Source: Acidimicrobiales bacterium (GTDB lineage Bacteria > Actinomycetota > Acidimicrobiia > Acidimicrobiales > JACCXE01). Taken from it: DNA of 60,915 nt. Positions 28,668 to 37,457 of the stretch are shown one piece after another. The notes beneath the pieces were generated by a model. It was given only the letters and a program-made list of their open reading frames with translations. It was not told where the DNA came from and ran no database searches. Position numbers and translations under genes: made by a program. Position 1 is the stretch's first letter. Each line of letters starts with the position of its first letter. The stretch is from assembly GCA_035536375.1 (NCBI GenBank), contig DATLOH010000062.1, positions 1 through 60,915 on the forward strand. The letters are read 5' to 3'.

Positions 28668-29205
28668 ATGCCCACATCGGTCGTGTTGCTCCGCGGAGTG
28701 AATGTTGGCGGCCACCGGTTGTCGATGGCGGCGTTGCGCGACGACCTGAAGTCCGCCGGGTTCGCCGACGTCGTCACCTACATCCAGAGCGGCAACATTG
28801 TGCTCACCCATGACGAGTCGCCGAGTCCGGCGTTGGCTCGGAGACTCTCGGACCGCATCTCCGCCTTGGCGGGCTACGCCGTGCCCGTCACGCTGCGCAC
28901 GGCGAGTGAACTTCGCTCGGTGGTGAAGCGCAACCCTTTCGACGCCTCGGATCCCACGAAGCTCGTCGTGTGGTTTCTAAACGAGAAGCTTTCGGCGCGT
29001 GCATTCGGACACGCTCGACGTCGATTGCGGCAACGAGGCGTACAGGGTTTCGGGTCGCGAGATCTACCTGTCGCTGCCAAACGGCCAGGCACGAGGGATC
29101 CTTCCGGCCGCGCTTGGCAAGCTGAAGGTGCCGGCGTTGCGCTCCGCGACGGCACGGAATTGGCGGACCGTCGAAAGACTGCTCGAGCTTGCGACGACGC
29201 AGTAG
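28668..29205 (+). pseudogene. DUF1697 family gene interrupted by a frameshift near 28981-29010
   Basis: The N-terminal two thirds (MPTSVVLLRGVNVGGHRLSMAALRDDL...TYIQSGNIV...LVVWFLNEKLSA) are in one frame. The conserved C-terminal part (LDVDCGNEAYRVSGREIYLSLPNG...ATARNWRTVERLLELA) is in the +1 frame (ORF 28999-29205). Confidence 0.75.
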
Positions 29206-29212
29206 TCCGTCG

Positions 29213-30004
29213 CTATCCGGGCGTCATATCGGGGTTGAACCGGATCACCGAGAACACCGCGCCGTGCGGATCGTTCAACACGGCGAAACGGCCTGGAGGG
29301 ATGTCCGTCGGAGGTACCGGCACTGCGCCGCCGAGCTCTGTGGCCTTGGCCGCAGTCGCGTCGGTGTCACCCGTGGCGAAATACGTCATCCAGTGGCTCG
29401 GCATCTCGGCCGGCCACTCGTCGGTCATCGGCATCAACCCTGCGATCGACTTCCCGGACAGCTTGAACTCGAAGTAAGCGCCGGGCGGCGCGGCGGGGTC
29501 ACTCCACGCTTCCCACCCGAACACCTCGCCGTAGAACGTCTTGGCGGCGTCGGCGTCTCGCACGGTCAGTTCGTTCCACGCGAGCGCGCCAGGCTCGTTG
29601 ACGACCTGCGCGCCAATGTGGTTCAGCGGCTGCCACAGCGAGATCGCCGCGCCTACGGGGTCGACCAGTACCGACATCCGTCCGGCGTCGAGCACGTCGA
29701 ACGCCTCCACGACGATCGTGGCGCCGTTCTGCGCGGCGATCGACGCGGTCTTCTCGGCGTCTTCTACCGAGACATACGTCGTCCAGTAGGGCGGCGCGTC
29801 CGGATTCTGCTGTGGACCGAGCCCGGCGACGTTCCTTCCGCCGAGCGTCGCCATCATGTATCCGCCAGATTCTTCGACAGGCTCCGGTGCGGAGACTTCC
29901 CAGCCGAACAACGCGCTGTAGAAGGACGCTGACGCCGCGGGGTCGGGACTACCCAGGTCAACCCAGCACGGGATTCCCGGTTCGTAGCTCGTGCGTTCGC
30001 TCAT
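29213..30004 (-). CDS. two-domain VOC (glyoxalase/bleomycin-resistance) family protein
   Basis: PGIPCWVDLGSPDPAASASFYSALFGWE and a second FYGEVFGWEAW repeat. Confidence 0.85.
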   Translation of the reverse strand: MSERTSYEPGIPCWVDLGSPDPAASASFYSALFGWEVSAPEPVEESGGYMMATLGGRNVAGLGPQQNPDAPPYWTTYVSVEDAEKTASIAAQNGATIVVEAFDVLDAGRMSVLVDPVGAAISLWQPLNHIGAQVVNEPGALAWNELTVRDADAAKTFYGEVFGWEAWSDPAAPPGAYFEFKLSGKSIAGLMPMTDEWPAEMPSHWMTYFATGDTDATAAKATELGGAVPVPPTDIPPGRFAVLNDPHGAVFSVIRFNPDMTPG

Positions 30005-30363
30005 GGGTTCGAGCGTACGCGCGCGGCCCAGGCCGCGCCTTTGTCTCAGCGGGCCGACGGCGGCAGTCGGCGGACGCGCCTTCTGCGTGCCCGAGCCACG
30101 AGCAGTGACACCCCGCGATTGCGCCGGGCGGGCATCGGACGCGAAGGCTCAGGCGGGCGACGTACTTCGCGTGCCTGGCCGCTGTGTGTCGGCCTGCTCG
30201 TGCTCACAAGAACGGATTTCGACGGTGCCATAGGGGTTCCCTGCTCAGGTGCCCACACTGCGCGCAATTCCCGTTCGACGCCGCCCTGTACTGGGAGGTA
30301 CGTCCGATTTGGGCGTCTAGGGCACCATCACGGGCCGACGGTTGGTTACTGTCCGGTAACACG

Positions 30364-30945
30364 ATGGCCGTTCGCCTCCCCGCAGCCCGGCGCCGCACAC
30401 AACTGCTCGAAACGGCGCTCGAGCTCTTTGCCGAACGTGGCTACCACAGCACGTCGATGGATGACATCGCCGACGCCGCCGGGGTCACGAAGCCGGTGCT
30501 GTATCAGCACTTCACTGCGAAGAAGGCGCTCTTCGTCGAACTGCTCGACGACGTCGGACGGCAGCTCCTCGAGGCGATCGCCGACGCGACGCAGCACGCT
30601 GAGGGGCCGCGCGAACAAGTGGAAGCTGGGCTCACCGCCTACTTCCAGTTCGTCGCCGACCATCACAGCGCGTTCGTGCTCCTGTTCGGCGGAGGCGCTC
30701 GACGTGACGAAGAGTTCGCAGAGGCCGTGCTGAGCGTCGAGCGCGTCATCGCCGATTTCGTCGCGCCGTTGATCGCCGCGGACATCGACGAGGAACACCG
30801 ACGCTTTCTTGCGCACGCCGTGGTCGGACTGGCCGAGAGCGCGAGCCGTCACTGGGTCGCCAAGGGGAGCACCGAGGCGCCCGAGGTCGCGGCGCGCCGC
30901 GTCGCCGACCTTGCGTGGGCCGGCCTACGCGCCGTGCACCGATGA
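30364..30945 (+). CDS. TetR/AcrR family transcriptional regulator
   Basis: RRTQLLETALELFAERGYHSTSMDDIADAAGVTKPVLYQHF is a canonical TetR HTH. Start ATG 30364. Confidence 0.9.
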   Translation: MAVRLPAARRRTQLLETALELFAERGYHSTSMDDIADAAGVTKPVLYQHFTAKKALFVELLDDVGRQLLEAIADATQHAEGPREQVEAGLTAYFQFVADHHSAFVLLFGGGARRDEEFAEAVLSVERVIADFVAPLIAADIDEEHRRFLAHAVVGLAESASRHWVAKGSTEAPEVAARRVADLAWAGLRAVHR

Positions 30946-31307
30946 CGCCCGCACCTGGCCGTACGGTCGACATACGCGGCTGGAATGGCGTGTGGGAAAC
31001 CGACGACCCCGACGCCAACTTCAAGCACGAGGTCGCGCTGTACGCGCACGCGGATCCGATCGACACGTTGCAGACGCTCAGTACAAATCTCGGCATCCCG
31101 ATCGGTGGTCTCGTGCACTACGTGCTTGCGCGGTGGGCGAGTGACGGCAGCGCAACGTTGCTCGCGCTCGGCCCGGACATGGTCGAGCGTATGGCTGCAA
31201 AGGTCGACGACGCCGAAGCCGTGGATACCGACGCCGCGCGGCTCGAGGCTTACGACGCGCTGCGTCAGATGATCGGCTGGCTGAGACTTCCGCTCGACGA
31301 CGGTTGA
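30942..31307 (+). CDS. hypothetical protein, translationally coupled to the TetR gene
   Basis: ATGA overlap (ATG 30942-30944, TGA 30943-30945). 121-codon acidic protein with no recognised domain. Confidence 0.6.
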   Translation: MTPAPGRTVDIRGWNGVWETDDPDANFKHEVALYAHADPIDTLQTLSTNLGIPIGGLVHYVLARWASDGSATLLALGPDMVERMAAKVDDAEAVDTDAARLEAYDALRQMIGWLRLPLDDG

Positions 31308-31387
31308 CCTGCGAGCCACTGGGACTCGCATCGAACTCACAGACAGTCCGCAGGTGACGCGCACTTTCCCATGAGAGCTTCCCGACC

Positions 31388-33154
31388 ATGGGATTCATCG
31401 CGAGTTACGCACGAAGTGAACTACGACGGCGGCAAGGACGGGCGATCGTGACGGCCCTCGGACTGGGGGCCGGCGTAGCCCTTGTGATGGCCATTGTCGG
31501 TACCTCAGCAGGACTGGCGGATGCACAGGCACGAGCGCTCACGCCGCTGTCGACGGTCGGCACGGACGTCCTCGTCACCCGCGCAGCCGCTTCCGACAGC
31601 GCACCCCCGGGAGACACCGTCGTCGAAGGCCAAGCCGGCGGACCAGCACCCGCGCCCAACGGGCGGCCGGTACAGCGAGTCGGTCCCGGCGGCTTCCGCA
31701 ATGACGCCACGTCGGCAGAGGAGAACCAGGCGCTCGTCACCGACCTCTCGAAGCTCGGGAACCCCGGCGAGAAGTTCACTCACGATTTCTTCGTGTCCTC
31801 GAGTGGTTTGACGTTCGACGACGAGGTGGTGGATCGCCTCGACGCGATGGACGGCGTCGACGGAGCCGTCGCCGGACTGTTGATGGTGGCGACGCACCAG
31901 ACCGGCACCGTTCCGAAGATCGTCGCCGAGGTCCAGACCGGCGGCGAGACCGTCGAGCAAACACTGCGCCCCCCACCGATGACAGAGGACGAGCGCACTG
32001 CGACCCAGAAGTGCCTCCAGGACAAGGGACTAGGCGCGCCCGATCAGGAGACCAACGAACAGCCGGCGCCAGCGCCCGGCAGCGGCGGCGGACCGTCTCG
32101 CGCCGAGTTCCATAGCGGCGAGTTCGAAGCGTGCCTGCCTCAGCGATTCAAGGAACAGATTGCACGGTTCACGATCCCGCAGCGCACCCTGCAGCAGGCG
32201 CTGAACCCTCCGCAGACCGACATCACATCCTCGACCTACACCGCGGGTGGCGTCGATCCCTCCCATCCGCGCGCCGGTCTCGTGACCGCCGCGCAGGTGA
32301 CAAAGGGATCCTTCTTCACCCGCACCGCCACCGATGAGGTCCTGCTCGCGGCCGCGTATGCGACGAAAGTGAAGCTGGATGTCGGTGGCACATTGGATGT
32401 CAACGGGAAGTCGTTCACGGTCGTCGGTCTCGTCGAGCCCGCTGTCGAGGGTCACGCCGCCGACCTGTACTTCCCGCTGAAGACACTTCAAGAGATCTCA
32501 GGTCGCGAGGGCCGCGTCAACACCGTGCTTGTCCAGACGAGCGACGCGGCACGTGTCGAATCGGTGGCGAACTCGATCCGCGAAGCGCTACCGGACGCGC
32601 AAGTCGTCACCACCGAGTCGCTGGCTGCGCAGGTCACGGGCAGCCTGAAGGACACCAAGAAGCTCGCCGACCGCTTCGGCGGCGTCCTCGCACTGCTCGT
32701 CCTCGGCGCCGCGTTCACGTTCGCCGCGCTGTTGACGATCGGATCAGTCGGAAAGCGCGTTCGTGAGATCGGGACCTTGCGTGCGATCGGCTGGCCGCGT
32801 CGACTCGTCATGCGTCAGATTCTCTTGGAGACAATCGGAATCAGCGTCGTTGGCGCGGTGCTTGGCGTCGGCCTCGGGCTCGCCGCCGGAGCACTGATCG
32901 GACAGGCGTCGCCGGAGCTCACTGCAACTGTCCCGATCGTGGACAATGCAAACCGGCTACTCCAGTCGGTCGGCGCGAGCACCGCGTCCGGAGCGGACGC
33001 GACACGCACGCTGCGGTTGACGGTACCGGTCGACGCCCGAACCCTCGGGCTCGGCGTCGGGCTTGCGCTCCTAGGCGGGCTGATGGCTGGGGCGATTGGC
33101 GCCTCGCGCGCGGCCCGGCTGCAACCGGCGGTTGCTCTTAGGGACGTCGGCTGA
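31388..33154 (+). CDS. ABC transporter permease, FtsX/MacB type with large extracytoplasmic domain
   Basis: N-terminal TM helix, an extracytoplasmic region of about 400 aa, and a C-terminal FtsX module (IGTLRAIGWPRR...). Confidence 0.85.
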   Translation: MGFIASYARSELRRRQGRAIVTALGLGAGVALVMAIVGTSAGLADAQARALTPLSTVGTDVLVTRAAASDSAPPGDTVVEGQAGGPAPAPNGRPVQRVGPGGFRNDATSAEENQALVTDLSKLGNPGEKFTHDFFVSSSGLTFDDEVVDRLDAMDGVDGAVAGLLMVATHQTGTVPKIVAEVQTGGETVEQTLRPPPMTEDERTATQKCLQDKGLGAPDQETNEQPAPAPGSGGGPSRAEFHSGEFEACLPQRFKEQIARFTIPQRTLQQALNPPQTDITSSTYTAGGVDPSHPRAGLVTAAQVTKGSFFTRTATDEVLLAAAYATKVKLDVGGTLDVNGKSFTVVGLVEPAVEGHAADLYFPLKTLQEISGREGRVNTVLVQTSDAARVESVANSIREALPDAQVVTTESLAAQVTGSLKDTKKLADRFGGVLALLVLGAAFTFAALLTIGSVGKRVREIGTLRAIGWPRRLVMRQILLETIGISVVGAVLGVGLGLAAGALIGQASPELTATVPIVDNANRLLQSVGASTASGADATRTLRLTVPVDARTLGLGVGLALLGGLMAGAIGASRAARLQPAVALRDVG

Positions 33155-33939
33155 TGACGGCGAACGGCTCTGTGGCCAGCACTGCGGCACGCTATGAACT
33201 CGGTGACGTCACTCGCGTCTACCGCACCGGCGCCGGCGACGTGCGCGCCGTCGACGGAATAACGCTTTCCATTGGTGCGGGCGAGTTCGTCGCCATTGAG
33301 GGGCCGAGTGGTTCAGGTAAATCCACTCTTTTGCAGCTTCTTGGAGCTTTGGAGCAACCGACCGGCGGAACATTGCGCATCGACGGACAGGAAGTTGGCG
33401 GGCTCGACGATGGCGAGCTCACCGGGTTGCGTAACCGCTCGATCGGCTTCGTCTTCCAGCACTTCAACTTGATCCCCACGCTGACCGCCGCCGATAACGT
33501 CGCTGCTGCGCTGGCGCCGATGGGCGTCGGCAAGGCACAGCGACAATCGCGAAGCGTTGCGCTGCTCGGTTCGGTTGGTCTCGCCGACCGCGTCGATCAC
33601 CTGCCATCGCGGCTCTCGGGCGGCGAGCAGCAACGCGTAGCGATAGCCCGGGCACTTGCGAACCGTCCGCGCATCGTCCTCGCCGACGAGCCCACCGGCA
33701 ATCTCGACTCGCGCACGACCGACGAGGTCGTCGAGTTGTTGGCTGCGCTCAGCGACGACGACGTCACCGTTGTGCTCGTGACGCACGCCGAGCACGTCGC
33801 CGCGCGTGCCGCCCGGCGCATCGTCCTGCGCGACGGTCGCGTTGTCGACGACACCGGCGTGCCGGACGCCGCCCGTACGCCGCCCGGCGATGAGCGCCGG
33901 CCGCGGCGCGCCGGGCCCCTTCGTGCGCCGGGTCGTTAG
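33154..33939 (+). CDS. ABC transporter ATP-binding protein (MacB/LolD-like)
   Basis: [38 protein letters not shown]. The start overlaps the permease stop by one base (TGATG; TGA 33152-33154, ATG 33154-33156). Confidence 0.9.
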   Translation: MTANGSVASTAARYELGDVTRVYRTGAGDVRAVDGITLSIGAGEFVAIEGPSGSGKSTLLQLLGALEQPTGGTLRIDGQEVGGLDDGELTGLRNRSIGFVFQHFNLIPTLTAADNVAAALAPMGVGKAQRQSRSVALLGSVGLADRVDHLPSRLSGGEQQRVAIARALANRPRIVLADEPTGNLDSRTTDEVVELLAALSDDDVTVVLVTHAEHVAARAARRIVLRDGRVVDDTGVPDAARTPPGDERRPRRAGPLRAPGR

Positions 33940-33948
33940 CGTTGCAGG

Positions 33949-34671
33949 ATGGATTACGACGCGCATGTTGCGGCCACCGCCACCGCCCTCGACGCCTACC
34001 GCCGCGCGTTAACGAAGGGTCCCTTGGACGCGCACGTACCCACTTGTCCGGAGTTCGATTTGGCCGCGCTCACCAAGCATGTCGGTGAGTTCTGCGGGTT
34101 CTGGGGTCACGTGGTGTGCGAGGCACTCGGTCGGGACAAGACCCCGTTCGATGATTTCCCCGGTTCGGGGCCGGCGACCGCTGATTGGTTTGACCAGCTG
34201 GCCCGCGACCTCGTGATGGTGCTGCGCGAGGCCACGCCCGAGACTCCGAGCTGGACCTGGATTCCCGATCGGCAGAACGTTGCGTTCATCGCACGCCGGT
34301 GCGCGCACGAGCTGGCAATCCACCGTTACGACGCTCAGCTTGCGGTCGGCACGACTGAATCGATCGACGCCGAAACTGCCGCCGACGGGATCGACGAGAT
34401 CTTCGTCATGCACGCGGCGTTGGAAAGAGCGCGCAACGGCAACGGCGAGTCGCTTCACCTTCACAGCGCCGAGGGACACGAGTGGGTGATCACGCTGTCG
34501 CCCGACGGCATGGTGGTCGACCGCACGCACGGCAAGGCCGACGTCGCGCTGCGCGGGGCGACTTCCGACATCGAGCTCACCCTCTACCAGCGACCCACCA
34601 TCGGCGAGGTCGAGGTGCTGGGCGACCGCGCCGCTCTCGACGCCTGGTACCGCTGCTTCACCTTCGGCTAG
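33949..34671 (+). CDS. maleylpyruvate isomerase family mycothiol-dependent (MDMPI/DinB_2) protein
   Basis: MDMPI_N-like N-terminus (..CPEFDLAALTKHVGE..), HELAIHRYDA and a C-terminal MDMPI_C-like segment. Confidence 0.8.
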   Translation: MDYDAHVAATATALDAYRRALTKGPLDAHVPTCPEFDLAALTKHVGEFCGFWGHVVCEALGRDKTPFDDFPGSGPATADWFDQLARDLVMVLREATPETPSWTWIPDRQNVAFIARRCAHELAIHRYDAQLAVGTTESIDAETAADGIDEIFVMHAALERARNGNGESLHLHSAEGHEWVITLSPDGMVVDRTHGKADVALRGATSDIELTLYQRPTIGEVEVLGDRAALDAWYRCFTFG

Positions 34672-34699
34672 GCGTAGGGGGCCTTTCGGCGCTACTCCG

Positions 34700-35989
34700 T
34701 TACTCTCCGGAGCCCCCCGTAGCCCGTCGCTTCGTGACATCCGGGTTGTAACAGACGCCTTTCATGCCGAGCATCTGCGCAGGCACGCACCGATTCGAGT
34801 TCACGCATAGACCAGGCGTGTCGTCGCCGCCCAGGATGCGGCGCGCGAGGTCGGCCTCTGCGTAGAAGGGTCGGCCGATCCCCACGAGATCCGCCTCACC
34901 GGTGTCTGCGATCGTTCGCACTTCGTCGGCGGTACGGATCCCCCCCACCGCCAGCACGGGAATCGACACGCGCTGCTTCGCGCGCGCGAAGAGCTTGCGG
35001 TTCCACACCGGCTCGAACGGCGCCTGCTTGCCTCCCCACCACGCGCCGGCCTTCAGCGTGGCGCGGCGCACGCGCGATGGCGCCGCCCGCTTAAGACGCT
35101 CGGCCATCCCCTTGTTCGTCCACAACGAGTCGGGCACGCCGCCACGACTCAGAGTCGTGTCGGGGAACAACGACACCTCGACCGGCGTCACCGCGTCGTA
35201 ACCCCACTCCTCCACGAGCTCACACAGCCGCAGTGCCTCGTCGGGCGAGCTGTGCGGCAGGAGCGGCGGGGCCGTCTCGCTCGCCACCTTCACGAGCACC
35301 GGAAAGTCGGGACCGGCGCGCTCGGCGGCGGCCTCGCGGATGATGCGGAGCACGCGCGCCCGCGCTTCGAGCGACCCGCCGAACTCGTCGGTGCGCCGGT
35401 TGTAGAACGGCGACAGGAACTGGTCGAGGAGCTTGGCGTTCGCCGAGCCCAGTTGCATCCCGTCGTAGCCTGCGTCGCGCGCCCACGCAGCGGCGTCGCC
35501 GTACCGACGAGCCATGGCGTGAACCTCGTCAGTCGTCATCACGTGGACGGGCACACCGCGGAATGCGAGCTTCATGGGTAAAGGCACCGGCGACGCTGCC
35601 AGCAACGGGCCTTGACGTTGCGACGCGTACGGCTCGTGCCACGCCTCCATCGCATAGAGCCCGCCGTGACCGAGTTGAATCACGATCGACGCGCCTTGCG
35701 CATGGACGGCGTCGACCATCGGTGCGAGCCGCAGCATCTTCTCGCGTGTGTCGACACACGTCATGCCCGGCGAGGTGCGCCCCTCCGCGAAGATGCAGCT
35801 CGACCCCTGGATGATCAGGCCAACTCCGTGCCGCGCGTTCTCGACGAAATGCTTTGCGTACGCGTCGGCGGCACCCTCGTCGTCGCCCGCCCCTTCGAGC
35901 ACCGGCGCGCGGTACAGCCGGTTGCGCACCGTCATCGATCCGATCCGAAGCGGCGTGTGCAACACGTCGGTCGACGACACGCTGATCAC
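34700..35989 (-). CDS. NADH:flavin oxidoreductase (Old Yellow Enzyme family)
   Basis: PLRIGSMTVRNRLYRAPV, IQLGHGG, GYDGMQLGSANAKLLDQFLSPFYNRRTDEFGG and VGIGRPFYAEADL. Confidence 0.9.
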   Translation of the reverse strand: MISVSSTDVLHTPLRIGSMTVRNRLYRAPVLEGAGDDEGAADAYAKHFVENARHGVGLIIQGSSCIFAEGRTSPGMTCVDTREKMLRLAPMVDAVHAQGASIVIQLGHGGLYAMEAWHEPYASQRQGPLLAASPVPLPMKLAFRGVPVHVMTTDEVHAMARRYGDAAAWARDAGYDGMQLGSANAKLLDQFLSPFYNRRTDEFGGSLEARARVLRIIREAAAERAGPDFPVLVKVASETAPPLLPHSSPDEALRLCELVEEWGYDAVTPVEVSLFPDTTLSRGGVPDSLWTNKGMAERLKRAAPSRVRRATLKAGAWWGGKQAPFEPVWNRKLFARAKQRVSIPVLAVGGIRTADEVRTIADTGEADLVGIGRPFYAEADLARRILGGDDTPGLCVNSNRCVPAQMLGMKGVCYNPDVTKRRATGGSGE

Positions 35990-36109
35990 CGGCGAATTCT
36001 GCCGTAACGGTCTGCCGTTAAAGCGGTCAGCCGGTCTCGAGGAAGGACTTGAGCGCGTCGAGCGAGAGGCGAGTTCCGCCGGTGAGCAGGCGTTCGGTCC
36101 AACTCTTCT

Positions 36110-37333
36110 TTATTCGACGCGCAGACCTGAGATCGCGCGGCCGATGACGAGCTGCTGGATCTGCTCGGTGCCTTCGAAGATGTCGAAGATCTTGGAGTCG
36201 CGGTGCCAGCGCTCGACCGGATACTCACGGGTGTAGCCGTAACCGCCCAGAATCTGGATCGCCCGCTCGGTCACCCACACCGCAGTGCGGCCGGCCTTGA
36301 GCTTGCTCATCGAGCCCTCGGCGTTCTTGTAGCCGCCATTGCGCGACAGCCACGCGGCGCGGTACACGAGCAGCCGCGACGCCTCGATCTCGGTGATCAT
36401 GTCGGCGAGCATGAACGCGATCGACTGGTTCATGATGATCGGCTTGCCGAACGCCTTGCGCTCCTTCGCGTAGTCGAGCGCGTACTCGTACGCGGCGCGA
36501 GCGATGCCGACGGCCATCGAGCCCACGGACGGCCGGGTCGCCTCGAACGTTGCCATCGCCGGCTGCTTCTCACCGGTGTGGGCGGCCTCGCGCGCCCTAG
36601 CGATCTTGGCGTCGAGCTTCTCCTTGCCCCCGAGCAGACAGCTGCCGGGCACGCGCACGTCGTCGAGCACGACCTCCGCAGTATGCGATGCGCGGATGCC
36701 GTGCTTCTTGTACTTGGTTCCCTGCGAGAGACCCTTCGTGCCGGGAGGAATGACAAAGCTCGCCTGACCGCGGCTCTTGAGTTCGGGCTCGACGGCTGCG
36801 ACCACGACGTGAATCGCGGCGATACCGCCATTCGTGATCCACGCCTTCGTGCCGTTGAGGATCCACTCGTCTTTCGCCTCGTCGTAAACCGCACGAGTCT
36901 TCAACGAACTGACGTCGGATCCGGCGTCGGGCTCGCTCACGCAGTAGGCGCCGAGCTGGATCTTCTCTGGGGTCCCAAAGCATTCAGGCACCCACTGCAT
37001 GACCTGCTCAGGGGTTCCGCTCGCGGCGATTCCGGCAGCGGCGAGACCGGAGCCGAAGATCGACAGCCCGATACCAGCGTCACCCCAGAACAACTCCTCG
37101 AGCGTTAGCGGCAACGTGAGCCCCGTCGGGTCGCTCATCTGCGCCTGGGCGAAGAAGTCGAAGGAGTAAAGCCCGATCTTGGCCGCCTCCTCGATGATCG
37201 GCCACGGTGTCTCTTCGCGCTCGTCCCACTCGTGACCTGCGGGGCGGATGACGTTCTCGGCGAAGTCGTGGACCCACTTCTGGATCTGCAACTGGTCTTC
37301 GTTCAACTGGAGCGAGAAGTCGGCCACGGGCAC
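36110..37333 (-). CDS. acyl-CoA dehydrogenase
   Basis: CVSEPDAGSD, LNGTKAWITNG, QILGGYGYTREYPVERWHRDSKIFDIFEGT. Confidence 0.9.
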   Translation of the reverse strand: MPVADFSLQLNEDQLQIQKWVHDFAENVIRPAGHEWDEREETPWPIIEEAAKIGLYSFDFFAQAQMSDPTGLTLPLTLEELFWGDAGIGLSIFGSGLAAAGIAASGTPEQVMQWVPECFGTPEKIQLGAYCVSEPDAGSDVSSLKTRAVYDEAKDEWILNGTKAWITNGGIAAIHVVVAAVEPELKSRGQASFVIPPGTKGLSQGTKYKKHGIRASHTAEVVLDDVRVPGSCLLGGKEKLDAKIARAREAAHTGEKQPAMATFEATRPSVGSMAVGIARAAYEYALDYAKERKAFGKPIIMNQSIAFMLADMITEIEASRLLVYRAAWLSRNGGYKNAEGSMSKLKAGRTAVWVTERAIQILGGYGYTREYPVERWHRDSKIFDIFEGTEQIQQLVIGRAISGLRVE

Positions 37334-37457
37334 CTCGTCAGGGAAAGGCGGGCAAGACCCGCAATGTGGACAGCGATCGGAGAATTTTCCTTAGTTACCG
37401 AACGGTAACATGGTGTTAGGCATCGGCGGGGCGCCATTTGGGCATCTACCCTGTGGC

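Noticed and set aside
30345-30360. GTTAC-N6-GTAAC inverted repeat just upstream of the TetR start, as a candidate operator.
   Set aside because: The arms are only 5 bp and the flanks do not extend the palindrome. It sits where the RBS should be, which is too weak to call.
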